Source: Blepharisma stoltei ATCC 30299 | Taxonomy: Eukaryota; Protista; Ciliophora | Assembly: GCA_965603825.1 (NCBI GenBank) | Contig: CBFDEM010000034.1 | Location: 366,971-430,970 of the forward strand | Length of the DNA: 64,000 bases | Reading direction: 5' to 3' | Shown: positions 23,339-35,312 of the stretch, one piece after another | How the letters are laid out: every line of letters begins with the position of its first letter | Position numbering within the stretch: position 1 is the first letter of the stretch | Translations under genes and position numbers: made by a program | The notes under the pieces: model-generated | Seen by the model: the letters and a program-made list of their open reading frames with translations, nothing else | What the model was told of the DNA's origin: nothing | The model's database searches: none

Positions 23339-26300
23339 ATGTCGAACAAAAATCTAGCCAGATCTTCGTACATAAGAAGCCAGACTTCTATTGTTGACAG
23401 TATTGACAATGTCCAAGGTCTCTCATCTCGCTCCAACAACATAAAAGTTGTAGGCAGATTCAGGCCTCTTGTAGATTTTGAAAAAGTAATCCCCATATAG
23501 GCATTTTTAAACAACCGAGAAATAATTTCTTTCATCAATGATAAAACAGTGGCCATTGGTGAAGGGAAAGATAAAGAATCTTTTACACTTGACAGAATTT
23601 ACGGCCCTGACTCCACAAACCAAGAAATTTTCGAGTTTGTTGGCAAACAAACCATTCTTGATGTAATGGACGGATACAACGGCACAATTTTTGTATACGG
23701 GCAAACAGGCTCAGGCAAAACCTATACGATGCTTGGAGACGATATATATGATGAAGATTCAAGAGGGATTATTCCAAGGGCTGCAGCCCAGATTTTTGAT
23801 TCTGTTCAAAATAATGAAGAGGAGACTGAGTATATATTAAAATGCTCAATGGTAGAAATTTATAAAGAAACATTAAGAGACTTATTAGACGCAGAGCCTA
23901 AGCTGTTAAAAATAAAAGAAAGCCCAAGACGAGGGGTTTATGTAGAAGGGCTAAATGAGGTCTGCGTTACCTCAGAAATTGAAATGTTAGAGATTTTGTC
24001 TCTAGGAGAGACTATGAGAACAGTTGCAGCGACCAAACTAAACAAAATGTCGTCAAGGTCCCATTTGATTTTTATATTAGAAGTCATGCAAAAATACTCA
24101 AATGGCTCAGAAAAAAAAGGCATGCTAAACTTGGTAGATTTGGCAGGCAGCGAAAAAGTCCACTCAACAGGGGTAGCAGGGCCAAAAATTGAGGAAACCA
24201 AAAAAATCAATTTATCGCTGTCTGCGCTTGGAAATGTAATCCATGCTCTTATATCGAATAGTGACCATGTCCCTTACAGAGATTCAAAACTTACAAGAAT
24301 TCTTCAAGAAAGCTTAGGTGGGAACTATAAAACGACACTAATAGTCGCCTGCTCACTTTCCCCTAAATCAGAAGAAGAAACATTAAACACAATGCGGTTT
24401 GCCCTACGAGCCAGGGCGATAAGAAATAAAGTCAGGGTAAATATGAGAGACGCCCCTGAAAACTACATACAGAAAATTGAATATCTAGAAGCCGAGCTCA
24501 GGACTGCAAAAACTGAAATAATCCAACTTAAAGGAGAAAACCCGAGAAAGTCAAGCCCAAATGTAAATAAAATGATGGGGAGAATGTCGACCATAAGCCT
24601 TGATAGCACAACATCAAGGAAAAGAAGAGGCAGCGAAATGAAGACAAAAGAGAATAATGGAGATATTAAAGTTATGGTGTCGCTAGATGAGCTCAGACAA
24701 TTCTCAGACGAGCCGTCAAGAATTGAGAAGAAAAGCCCAAACCCTTTTCCCTTGTTTGAGCCAGACTCTCTTGCGTCATCTTTTAATTTCATCCCAGAAA
24801 AAGGAGCTTCTGATGCAGAAGTCGACTCAACGTCAAATTTCAGAGAAAATTTGAAACAAAAAGATGAAGAAATACAGGAGGCTAAAAAGAAAAACCATAG
24901 TCTGAAAAAAGAAAACCAAGCTTTGACTGATAAAGTTAGAGACTTAGAAGAAAAAATGGCATCAATGAGGGCAAAACAGCTGCAGACAGAACAAAAAACG
25001 CATGAGTATTATGATAATTACCATAAGACAGCTTTGCTTATAAACAAAGATGCAGCTGAAAATGCGTTATTGAAAAAACAAAACGAAAGCTTAAATAACC
25101 AAGTGAAACGATTAACCAAAGCTTTAATGGAGCTGGATAGGCGATATAAAAATTTCATAGACTCATGCAGGAAATTTGACGTTTCTACTTGTGTGGAATT
25201 TGAGGAGAGGACAGAAACACTTAGAAAAGACGATTTTCCAGTCATAACTGAAGTAAATGATGTAGATGTCGACACAAGTGACAGCTATGATCTAGGACTG
25301 TCAAGAAGGGACATCTCAATTGATAGAAAAGACCTTTTAACCTCCAGTCCTTATGCTATAGAACTGAAAAAAGCTTTAGACAACAACGCAGAGCTATGCA
25401 AAGATGTAGCCCTTTTTCAGCTGAGAAATGAGCTGATACAGGCTGGGATTATCAATGCCAATTTAGTCAGGGCATATCATGGGCTAGACTGGAAGCTAAA
25501 TTTGGTTAACCATAAATATATGATGAAAAGAAGCCTCTGCAAGCACCAAATGGAAAACATTAAATCCCTTGAAAAAATGCTTGACTTTTTACATCACTCA
25601 TATAGACACGTAATTAAGCTATACGACCAAATGGAAAGGGAAGCCCCAAAAACCCATTGCCAGACTGAGCAAACACCTAGGACAAGAATGATGAGGACAT
25701 TTACTAATAAAAAAATCACGAGGGTCATAAATGGACAAATAGTCAATACACTACCTCAAGACAGTGGGAGTTTTACTTTTAGTGGCCAAGCTCTAAGATC
25801 AGCTGCACGTACTTTAAGTGTGCGTCCTATAAAAGAAATCCCTACTAAAACTGATGAGGCCACCCCAAAGCACTATAACTCTTCCTTTGCTGAAGCTGAA
25901 TCCATCGACCCTTCTTTTTACCACACAAAACTGAGAGCAATAGAAACAAGCTTCAACCTCCAGCAGCTCTACAATGAACAGTTAAAAAAAATGAACGAGG
26001 AATACAAAGAAGAGCTGAACCAATACAAGCTTTTGGTTTCTAACCTAGAGGGCGATATTTTTACTTCGCATAAAAATGAAATGGAAAGGTGGAAAACCTT
26101 TGTGGACGAGCTGAAAAATAATTGTGAGCAAGAATTAATAAGAAAACAATGCGAAGTTGTAAGACTTAATGAAGTTCTTGGAGAGTGGACCACAAGGTTT
26201 ATGGAACTTCAGGAAAATTTGAGCACTCCGAATAAGCCGCTAAAAAAAGAAATGTATATTGAAATCCAAGAGCTGGTCAGGTCTACGATGTCTACTGCAA

Positions 26301-26425
26301 TTTATACAGAGCCGATGACAAATATTAACAGAATGTTTGGAAGGTCACCACTGAGGGAGTATATGAATATAACTCCAGTACCTATAACTAGGCGTCTTGC
26401 GTCACAAGGCGACCAAACTCCATAA
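23339..26425 (+). CDS. Kinesin with N-terminal motor and coiled-coil tail
   Basis: True start at ATG 23339 gives NIKVVGRFRP. Intron 23486-23500. Motor motifs YGQTGSGKT, SSRSH, LVDLAGSE, HVPYRDSKLTRILQESLGGN. Confidence 0.95.
23486..23500 (+). other. 15-nt intron
   Basis: gtaatccccAtatag; connects the IKVVGRFRP exon to the motor domain. Confidence 0.92.
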
Positions 26426-26534
26426 TATTATATAGCAAAGATAATTTTTTACAGTGTTTTTATATAATTTTGGTATTTATTCATATTTTTAAGATTTTCA
26501 CGTGTAACAGTCTTTAAAATAAAATTTAAACAGC

Positions 26535-26963
26535 ATGGGTTGCAGTGCGTCTATGAATGCAACAAATCCCAGAAGACCTACAGTGACTTCTGTATCCAAA
26601 AATGCTCAACAGCACTCTTTACAGACTAATCAGGTAAATTCTGATAAATTGGGAATCGAAAACTCTGCCTCATCAATCAGCCACCAAAATTCTAAAGAAA
26701 GCAGTTCAAGAAGCACGTCGGAGCGTGCTAGAAAAATCGGAGACGGCCATAGCCAGGTTTCTTCTATAATTAAAGCCCAGAATTCAGAAAAGAGCCAAGA
26801 GGAAAAACTTGATGCGAAAGATCGACTTGATGTCGATGTGATAGAAGAGGACAATAGTGATGGAGATTACAGCACAATGCTCAATAACTGTGAGTTTTAC
26901 CATGAGGATATCTTGCATGAATTTCTGGGAATTGAAGAGATTGAGATGACAGGGATTGACTAA
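26535..26963 (+). CDS. Small disordered protein with N-terminal MGC acylation motif
   Basis: 142-aa ORF starting MGCSAS (myristoylation/palmitoylation consensus), Ser-rich, acidic C-terminus. Confidence 0.7.
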   Translation: MGCSASMNATNPRRPTVTSVSKNAQQHSLQTNQVNSDKLGIENSASSISHQNSKESSSRSTSERARKIGDGHSQVSSIIKAQNSEKSQEEKLDAKDRLDVDVIEEDNSDGDYSTMLNNCEFYHEDILHEFLGIEEIEMTGID

Positions 26964-28158
26964 TAATAATTGTAAATTTTTTGATTAGGGTTTAGGGATT
27001 TCTTGATTTATGGTAGGAATAAGTACTGTTTTCTGTTATAATAGCATTTAAACAATATTCAGGATATAGTCAAATCTTTATTTTATTTATTTCAAAAATA
27101 TTACAATAATCATCCAAATCATTATTCAAAGCAATTTAAAATAAAAATTAGGAAAAAGTGCATTAAAAATCAAAATGCAATTCCTCTGAATAACACTTCT
27201 ATTAATTTACAAATGAAATTGGTTTTTTTCCGATTTTTCTGTGCTTATTTAAGTATATTATAAATTTTGGAATCATTAAATTCCTTATAGAAAATATATA
27301 ATAAAAACATATCAGCTCGTAATCAATATCAAACTCTTTTTGTAAAACTCCAATTTAATTTAAAAATACAACTGCTGCCTAACACTTTCTCACCATTTTT
27401 TCTCATAAATTTCAGAAAATATCTTTCTTTTTTTCTGCACATAGAGAGCAATGCGTTGTCTCATTGTCATGATTATATAAGATAAATATCCATGTTTTTT
27501 CGTCTAAACCAAAGTGTCCATATTTCACAAATTTTGCCGTGACTAAAAAACAAAAAATATCTTTGGGCGCCTTATGGATTTTAGGATAAATATGTTGGTT
27601 ATCAATGATAGGAAGATTTAAGGAGACTGAATTTGTGATTTTTCATGCTTATATCTTTGTTTTTCTCATGAAGATATATAGCAAGCTTAATGATAAAATC
27701 AATTATAAAAGAAGATTTCGTTGACTTATAAATAATAATCTAATTTTTGTTTTCATAAAAATTAATTAAAAATAATTCATATCAAAGCTAAAATGAGAAA
27801 TAGAAACCTTTTAAAGATTTGCCTAGCTGCAAATATTCTATATGATTTTTTCTTTATTGAGTTTTATTTGGAAATAATTTTATATCTCCACTTGCAATTT
27901 GTAATATTTATAAACCAAATGCTATTTAAATAGCCTAGTTCTGGGCTTTTATATATATATAAATTCCAAATTTGCAGCCTTAATCTTTAACAAAATCCCT
28001 TAAATCCCAATTCCTAATTACTCTTCAGAATTTCTACTAATTCTCCTAAAATTCACCATCCAAATAGCCTATCATTTCTTTTTCCGACTCCTCACTCATC
28101 CTTACTTTTCTTCCCTTTTTCATCGAAAATGTTTATCTCTGACTTCTTATGGAAATAA

Positions 28159-29805
28159 ATGGCTCTCTATTATCTATTTGAGACTGCAGCAGGCTATTCT
28201 CTATTTTCAGGTGAAGCCATTGAAGAAATCGGAGGAGTTCTATCATCAATCCAACAGTCAATCAAAGATTTCAAGAGATTCAAGAAGATGGTGAAGCTCC
28301 AAGCTTATTATCAATTTTCATCAGCCGACCAAGCACAAGAAAACATTCAAGCCATCGCAAACGGGCTTTGTCCAAAGGATCTCGCTGAATTCCTTGAAAC
28401 AAATCTCCCTAGCGTCACCAAGTCTAAATGCAAACTTGCAGTCGAAGACGCACGCCTTCCAGCTTCCATCAACGAATTCTACCCAAAGCTGACCTGTGTT
28501 AAAAACGAAATGAGCCAAGAAGTTTTCAGAGGAATCCGCCTGCACTTCGACAACCTCGTCAAAGGTCTCAGCACCCACGACCTCGGCAAGGCCCAGCTTG
28601 GTCTTGCCCACGCCTACTCTCGATCTAAGGTCCAACAAGACATCAAGCGCTACGACAAGCACATCATCCACGCCATCTCCCTCATTGACCAACTTGACAA
28701 AGACATCAACACCTTCGCAATGAGGCTCAAGGAGTGGTTTTCCTGGCACTTCCCTGAGCTTTATCCAATAATTCCTGAAAATCTTACCTTTGCCAGAGCT
28801 GTCAAGCTGATCAAAAATAAGTCACTTTTAGATGAAGAGTCAGTAGAAGGACTAGCTGAGGTGGTAGGAAGTGAGGACGTGGCGACAGAAATTGTGAACG
28901 CGTCCAAGATCTCCATGGGAGGCGATATGACTGATTTGGATTCTGACCAGATTAATGCTTTTTGTGACAAAGTTATTAGTTTAGGAGAGTTCAGATTGAG
29001 ACTGGTAGAATATTTGAAGCTGAGGATGTCACATATTGCACCTAATTTATCAGCACTTATAGGGGAAACTGTAGGGGCAAGACTAATTTCACAGGCTGGT
29101 GGGCTCAGCAATTTGGCTAAATATCCAGCTTCTACTGTACAGATTTTGGGAGCAGAAAAAGCGCTGTTTAGAGCACTGAAAACGAGAGGAAACACACCAA
29201 AATATGGGATTCTTTATCACTCTTCGTTTATAGGGAGAGCTGGCGCTACAGATAAAGGGAAAATCTCGAGGTTTTTGGCAAATAAATGCTCACTGGCAAG
29301 CAGAATTGATTGTTTCTACCCAGGATCTACTAGTGCATTTGGAGAAAGGATGAATGAACAGGTAGAAGAAAGGCTGAAGTACTTTGTGACTGGAGAAAGA
29401 GGAGCGCCTAATGAAGATGTGATGCATGAGGTCATTGTAAAGCTTGAAAAAGAAACAAAAGAAACGGAAGAGACTGAAGAAGCCCCAAAGAAGAAAAGAA
29501 AAGTGGTTGAAAAGGAAGAAGAAGAAGATTCTGAAGGAGAAATTCCAGTCAAAAAGGGCAAAAAGGTCGCAGAAGAACAAAAGAAAAAAGCTAAAAAAGT
29601 TATTGAAGAGTCTGAAAGTGAAGAAGAAAAACCTAAGAAAAAAGCTAAAAAAGTAAAAGTTGTAGAAGAGTCCAGCGAAGAAGAGGAAAAGCCTAAGAAG
29701 AAAAGCAAGAAATCAAAAGAAAAATCAGACGAAGAAAGCGAAGAAGACACTAAAAAGAAAAAGAAAGGCAAAAAAGACATCAAAAAGCGAAAATCTTCTG
29801 AATAA
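28159..29805 (+). CDS. NOP56: Nucleolar protein 56 (box C/D snoRNP)
   Basis: LFETAAGY, LGLAHAYSRSKV, DQLDKDINTFAMR (NOP56-type rather than NOP58), PASTVQILGAEKALFRALK, KKE-rich tail. Confidence 0.95.
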   Translation: MALYYLFETAAGYSLFSGEAIEEIGGVLSSIQQSIKDFKRFKKMVKLQAYYQFSSADQAQENIQAIANGLCPKDLAEFLETNLPSVTKSKCKLAVEDARLPASINEFYPKLTCVKNEMSQEVFRGIRLHFDNLVKGLSTHDLGKAQLGLAHAYSRSKVQQDIKRYDKHIIHAISLIDQLDKDINTFAMRLKEWFSWHFPELYPIIPENLTFARAVKLIKNKSLLDEESVEGLAEVVGSEDVATEIVNASKISMGGDMTDLDSDQINAFCDKVISLGEFRLRLVEYLKLRMSHIAPNLSALIGETVGARLISQAGGLSNLAKYPASTVQILGAEKALFRALKTRGNTPKYGILYHSSFIGRAGATDKGKISRFLANKCSLASRIDCFYPGSTSAFGERMNEQVEERLKYFVTGERGAPNEDVMHEVIVKLEKETKETEETEEAPKKKRKVVEKEEEEDSEGEIPVKKGKKVAEEQKKKAKKVIEESESEEEKPKKKAKKVKVVEESSEEEEKPKKKSKKSKEKSDEESEEDTKKKKKGKKDIKKRKSSE

Positions 29806-29859
29806 TAAGATTATTGATTTCTTAACAATTCTGCTTAGCCATTCTTTATTTATTGATTT

Positions 29860-30648
29860 TTACGCTTGCTCGATAGGCGTTATAGACACAGTCCCATCAT
29901 CATTAACTGCGACATTTTCCTCATCAGTCGCGAACAAAATTTTCTGTATCTCCATCACAATAGGGTTGCCTTGGTCTTCATAGTGCTCACAAAATAGCTC
30001 AATCGCTCTTAGTTTTCCAAAGTAAAAGTCCCTTTCTTTTTCCAAGGAATCTGAAGTTAGCCTTAATTCTGCCACTTGTCGAGCCACTTCGCTTTCGTCT
30101 GGCCTTGCTTCTCGCACTGGCTTTGCTTTTGGCTGAGGCGCCCTTGAAGGTTCAGCTGGTCTAGGGTTTCTTGGCTGGGCATTTTGTGGCCTCGATTGGG
30201 CTGCTTGGACTGGGCCAGTTCTTTCACCTACATCCCAAGGGGTTTTGGCGCCTCTTCTCCTTTCAAGAGCTGCGTAGTCCCCTCCTCTGTAGTTTAAGTC
30301 AACAAAACGCTTGAACCACTGCATGAATTCTAAATTGTCAAGGGATTTTGCCTTGATGAGTTTTTCAACTTCAATGTGTTTTTGCACGTTATTCTTGTCA
30401 AAAGCTGCTTGGAGGAGCTTGAAATTCTGGGTGTATTCGTGGTCGTATTTGGCCATCCAGTTTACTTTGTTGAGGTTTATGCAGCCTGGGAATACTGCGT
30501 CCATGATTTGACAATAGGCGGCACCTGTAGCCATTTGCTCGACTCTTGTGATATTCAGTTGGAGAAGGCCGTTGACCCAGCTCAAGAGTTCTGATTTGCC
30601 TACGAAGAAGGCTCCGTCCATGATGCCGATATTTGACCCAAGTGCCAT
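29860..30648 (-). CDS. EB1: Microtubule end-binding protein EB1
   Basis: CH domain (FVGKSELLSWVN, GAAYCQIMD, DNLEFMQW) and EBH domain (LEKERDFYFGKLRAIE). Confidence 0.97.
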   Translation of the reverse strand: MALGSNIGIMDGAFFVGKSELLSWVNGLLQLNITRVEQMATGAAYCQIMDAVFPGCINLNKVNWMAKYDHEYTQNFKLLQAAFDKNNVQKHIEVEKLIKAKSLDNLEFMQWFKRFVDLNYRGGDYAALERRRGAKTPWDVGERTGPVQAAQSRPQNAQPRNPRPAEPSRAPQPKAKPVREARPDESEVARQVAELRLTSDSLEKERDFYFGKLRAIELFCEHYEDQGNPIVMEIQKILFATDEENVAVNDDGTVSITPIEQA

Positions 30649-30844
30649 TGGAATCGATTATAAACTTATTAAATTTAATGATTTCTATAAAGAAATATTT
30701 TTTTGATTTTTTGTTATTAAATTAAGATCTTTATAGCCAAAAATAATCGCTTTTACTATTACCAAATTTATTTAAATGCTATAAAAAATAATGTTATTCA
30801 TAAAACTTAAAAGAATCATCAATAACTTCAGCATAATCATAAAT

Positions 30845-32002
30845 ATGGCAGGCGAGATTAAGTTTCTATCGAAGCTCATGATTTTAATCCTATTTTGGAA
30901 TGCTTCAGCTGACGAAAATACGATGATGAACTGTACAGCTTATACTTGCAAGCAGAAAGGTCAGTCTTTCACTAGTGGGACTTGCGTATATTACAATAGC
31001 AAGGCAATCACCCCTACTTACTACGTTAAGCCTTGTTCATCCTCAAAAGAGTACTGCCCAATCGCAGTTGAAGCAAATACCTCTTGCACCAAAATCCCTG
31101 ATACTCCTATAGAGATAACTGGTTTATACCCTGGCGAAAAATGCACAAAAGATACCGAATGCAGGACTCCTAGTATTGAATCAGGGAAAACCGGCTGCGT
31201 CGACAATATTTGCACTGGCCAAGGTGAAACTGAAGGTTGCGAGTCAAATCCTGACTGCAAGCCTGGACTTTACTGCTTATCTGGCACATGCCAAAAGCAA
31301 ATCGCTATTGGAAGTTATGGGTGCGAAAATGACTTTCAATGTGCCAATGGAGCTGGCTGCAATATCACGAATGAGGTAGAGAAAAACAAATGTGTTGCTT
31401 ATAGGTCCATCGCTGCTCATCAGCCTGTAGGAGAATGCGCAGCTGACGGAACTAATGCCCTCTGCGCTTCTAAATACTGTCAAGTAACAGGCCAGTATCA
31501 GCCCACTGAGGGAGAATACCAAAACACTTATGCCTGCTTAGCCACTGTTATATCTAACAGCTATTTACCTATGAAATGCAGCTATGACGTCGACTGTAGG
31601 TCAGTAAGTGATGACTTTTTCACTGACGGTCAAGTATTTGGTACTTGTGTGTGCGGACATAATAAAGACGCTCAAAGTTACTGCACCTTGTTCCCTGGGG
31701 ATCCGATTGCTGAGGTGGCTTTTGGGTATTTTCAGAAATGGCTGAACGGGACTGATATAAATTACTGCAACACAGAACACAGGTTTAACTCTTACTGCAT
31801 GAGCAACTGGTGGTCGAAGAAGAATTATGAGAAATATATGTTTGCCGCTGTGTTTGCCGATAGCTATCCAGTTGTGGTGGATGAAGATGACTGTGTGGCC
31901 GAAGTTTATGATAGTGTTTTATATGAGCTGAGTAAGGAGTTGGATAGTTCAGCGATGAACTACGTTTTATTAGCACCTGTGCTCGTTCTAGTAATGAACT
32001 AA
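30845..32002 (+). CDS. Cysteine-rich secreted/surface protein, probably GPI-anchored
   Basis: Signal peptide (LMILILFWNASA), repeated C-x4/5-C modules, and a C-terminal small-residue site followed by a hydrophobic tail (DSSAMNYVLLAPVLVLVMN). Confidence 0.8.
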   Translation: MAGEIKFLSKLMILILFWNASADENTMMNCTAYTCKQKGQSFTSGTCVYYNSKAITPTYYVKPCSSSKEYCPIAVEANTSCTKIPDTPIEITGLYPGEKCTKDTECRTPSIESGKTGCVDNICTGQGETEGCESNPDCKPGLYCLSGTCQKQIAIGSYGCENDFQCANGAGCNITNEVEKNKCVAYRSIAAHQPVGECAADGTNALCASKYCQVTGQYQPTEGEYQNTYACLATVISNSYLPMKCSYDVDCRSVSDDFFTDGQVFGTCVCGHNKDAQSYCTLFPGDPIAEVAFGYFQKWLNGTDINYCNTEHRFNSYCMSNWWSKKNYEKYMFAAVFADSYPVVVDEDDCVAEVYDSVLYELSKELDSSAMNYVLLAPVLVLVMN

Positions 32003-32286
32003 TTTTAAGGTTTTACAAAATCTTAATAATAAATTAGATTATCTTTAGAAAAGGGTTTATTTGTGCTGATAGAAGTCAGTTGCTGCTAAAAACTCTCTTT
32101 GGAATGATGATTATCAGTTGAGGTTGCTAATACGCCTAAAAGCTTATTTTTAAATATTTTATTTGCTTTTTATGCCTGCTTATAAGTGATTTTATATTCG
32201 ATCAGTTATTTTTTATATATTGATATATATATTTCTTTAAGCTATATTATAAAAAGTAATTTTTTATATTTACTATTAAAATATCA

Positions 32287-33345
32287 CTATTCTTCCAAAT
32301 TCTTAATGGCATCTAAACAAGTTTGAATCCATCCTGGCAAATCCACTTCACTCTGTGAATACCTTAGTACCCAAGGATGAGCACAGAGCTGCACAGTGCT
32401 TCACCTTTGTTCAGGCACCTTTTTAACACAATGGCTTAAAAAGTCTTTAAATTCAGCTGAAAACGTATCAGGAAGTGTTGGCTCTGGAGAAGTCATAATA
32501 TGTTCAATCATTTCTATATAGGTATTTGCTTTGGGATAAGGATATTTCCCAACAGCTAGCTCTACAAGCATAAGTCCAAGACTCCAAATGTCGCTGGAGT
32601 AGCTATAAGTTTTCCCATTAATCCTTTCAGGGCTCATATAAATCATAGTTCCCACAAAAGTATTGCAAAGCCCAATAGTCACTCCTAATTCCTTGCTTAT
32701 TCCAAAATCACTTAATTTAACTGCTCCAGAAGTACTAGCAAGGACATTTTCAGGCTTTATATCTCTATGCACTTGGTGCTTTACTTTATGGAGATACATA
32801 AGCCCATTTAGCATTTGCTGCGTCATTTTCGCTAAAATTGGCTCGGGGACTGTCGGGTTTGGGAGTTTTTTAACTAAATCGCCGAGGCTTCCAGCGTCCA
32901 TGAGCTCTAAGGCAACTTTTACTTGTCCTTCATCAAAATAAGCACCATAAAATTTTACGAGGAAAGGACAGTCAGACCTTTCTAAAGCCCTGATATCATT
33001 CATGAGCTGCCGTCTTTTTTCTTTGTCATAAACATTGATTGATTTCAAAGCTAGCAGCGTGCCAGTTGGCTTATGCAAAGCTTCTTGGACAATGGCTGCA
33101 GAGCCTCTTCCTCTGAATTTCCCCATTTCTAGGTCTTGAGGTTGAATTGAAATGACGGTTCCTCTTTCATCTCTTGCAAAGCCTTTACGGCCAATATCTA
33201 AGCCTTCTTTAATAAATTTCAGCCCATCTGCGCCACTGAGTTAGGATTACATTTCTATTGACATGGAATTCTCCATGTTTTCTTCTTCTGAATCTGAGGC
33301 TAGTTTAAGCATCTTTTTAGTCATAGTAGGCTTTTTCTTCATCAT
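32287..33345 (-). CDS. MAP kinase kinase (STE7/MEK family)
   Basis: Intron 33236-33250. Motifs HRDIKPEN, SDFGIS, TFVGTMIYMSPERI. TGA=W at 32401 extends the C-terminus to TAG 32287-32289 (HPW..VDLPGWI). Confidence 0.93.
33236..33250 (-). other. 15-nt intron
   Basis: gtaatcctaActcag on the minus strand; retention gives an in-frame TAA. Confidence 0.85.
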
Positions 33346-34367
33346 AAATATTATAATATTAAAATTTTAGACAATTCAAAAGGGGTTTGTTGGATTATTC
33401 TTAAAATTAGCTTGATCAAAATAAAACAGCTTCATTTAACTGTTTTTAAAGCTAAGAAAAATTGACTTCATTGTGGACATTAAAAGGATATATAATAAAT
33501 TACTTTTATTCATATTATAATATTTTTGAATAAATTATAGCAATCAGCACTAAAAAACTAGATTTATGAATGATTCATAGTGCTGAATTTCTTCTACTCA
33601 AGTCTCGCAATATTTGATCAAAATGCTCTAGGGCAATAAGTAAGATATTTTAAATTATTTATTGTCCTTATTAATTTTAATGCTCATTAAATTGCTGTTT
33701 TATTAGATAATCAAGCTAATTAAGCAGAAAATAAGAAAACTAAGCTTCTTTTTTTAAATCTTCTGGCAGTTATACATTAAATATATATTTCTTTATTTTG
33801 TTTGTGATTTTGAAGAATGCCTGAAATTTCTTATTTTATCCATTTTGAAATAAATTGTTATTGTGCTGCTTCACCCTCCTGGTATTATAAAATTAACTAA
33901 AAATTTTTTAAAATTCATTATTTTGCGAGTAAATCTGTTTAATTAAATTCATCCATTTTCAAATTTCTAAGCAATAAAATGCAAAAATCAGCGGTTAAAT
34001 CCAAAAATCTGTTAAACAAGATTAATTAATATCAACTTTGGATTTATAAATGGGGAAGCTAATTAATGAGTAAGCTTAATATTGCAACCTCTTACTTAAA
34101 TTTAAATCCTTCAAGCCAAAATTTTCAAAAAAGCAGGAATTAATCTTCTTTCAAAGTCAGCAGGATTATTTTCGTTCTTCTCCAGAATAAAAATATTAGC
34201 CGCTTGCTCCTCCTTTATAGTGTTTAAAATAATATTTCATCTCGGTATATGCTTCAGCCGTTATATCATATGTTTGCCATAATAGTCTGTTCATTACTTT
34301 TCATTACCTAAATACTGATCTGGAAGAGTAAAATTTGAAATCATGGCTTATAATTAATAAATAGAAG

Positions 34368-34877
34368 ATGACAACTACACTCATTCCAAATTTCGCATGC
34401 TTAAGCAATTCACAGCACTCAGACTACTGCTGTGATTTATGTGGGATTGGCTTTGAGTCTCCTTTACAATACCGAGATCACCTAATTCAAGACTTCGAGC
34501 TTGACCATGATTCGATTTCTTTCTTGCAATTCAGCTTAGGGTTAGAAACAGAAACTGATTCAATTGAATCTCCTAGGTCTCCTGGCTCCTGTTCCACAAC
34601 AGAGTCAGAGAGCGACGAAATTGAATGCCCAACCTGCGGCAAATCCTTCAAAGGACACAAAGGACTTCAGCAGCACATCGGCAAAGCTCACTCAAGCAAA
34701 GAAAAAGGAGCAATCTGCACCATATGCCACAAGGCTTTTAAGCACCAGCATGCACTTACCTTCCACGACCGACAAGTCCATCAAAAGGCAACTCGAGTCA
34801 CATGTGGAATCTGTGGATTGTCTGTTTATAACAAATATATGCTTACCAAGCATATGAGTAAACAGCACCCATCATAA
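34368..34877 (+). CDS. C2H2 zinc-finger protein
   Basis: Three C-terminal C-x2-C...H-x4-H fingers plus one N-terminal degenerate finger. Confidence 0.9.
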   Translation: MTTTLIPNFACLSNSQHSDYCCDLCGIGFESPLQYRDHLIQDFELDHDSISFLQFSLGLETETDSIESPRSPGSCSTTESESDEIECPTCGKSFKGHKGLQQHIGKAHSSKEKGAICTICHKAFKHQHALTFHDRQVHQKATRVTCGICGLSVYNKYMLTKHMSKQHPS

Positions 34878-35312
34878 ATATACATACATATATATAAGTA
34901 ATATACATAAGTATTTATTTTTGTAAAATTTTGGTTTCAAAATTCTTCAAGAAAATCAGAATTTGCGAAGGAGAAGATTTATGGGATAAGTATGAGAAGA
35001 ACGCTTGGGAGCTGGAAAATAAAGCGGATTAGGAAAGCTAGATAGCAGATTTTATGTACTTGGAAGCATTTTCTGTCAGAAAATGCAAAACAGCAAATAC
35101 TGGAACCATGATAATGTGAATTCGGTAAAATATTCACTGATCTACTTTCTGAATTTGAAGCAAAAATCAAGAGTTTTATCTGGAAATAGATCTAGGAGTT
35201 TGTTTATAGTCTCTTTTGGCATCTCGTCTTCCAATTTCAGCATGCGGAGTTAAAAACTAAATTTTAGTTTTCTAAGGTGATTTAACTATAGGAAAGCAAA
35301 ATTTGAAATGAA

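Noticed and set aside
28321-29783. Several minus-strand ORFs over NOP56, and similar antisense ORFs over HSP70, SCC3 and the kinesins
   Set aside because: Shadows of strongly biased sense-strand codon usage, with no motifs.
32100-32150. ATGATGA box C-like motif suggesting a snoRNA
   Set aside because: No downstream CTGA box D or terminal stem found.
33544-33586. 9-bp inverted repeat tcagcacta...tagtgctga (MITE/IES-like)
   Set aside because: Short, single copy in the window, no clear target-site duplication; compatible with chance.
34960-35290. Slightly G-rich, coding-like spacer between the zinc-finger and kinesin genes
   Set aside because: The frames I read close within a few dozen codons even with TGA=W; no motif is recognisable.
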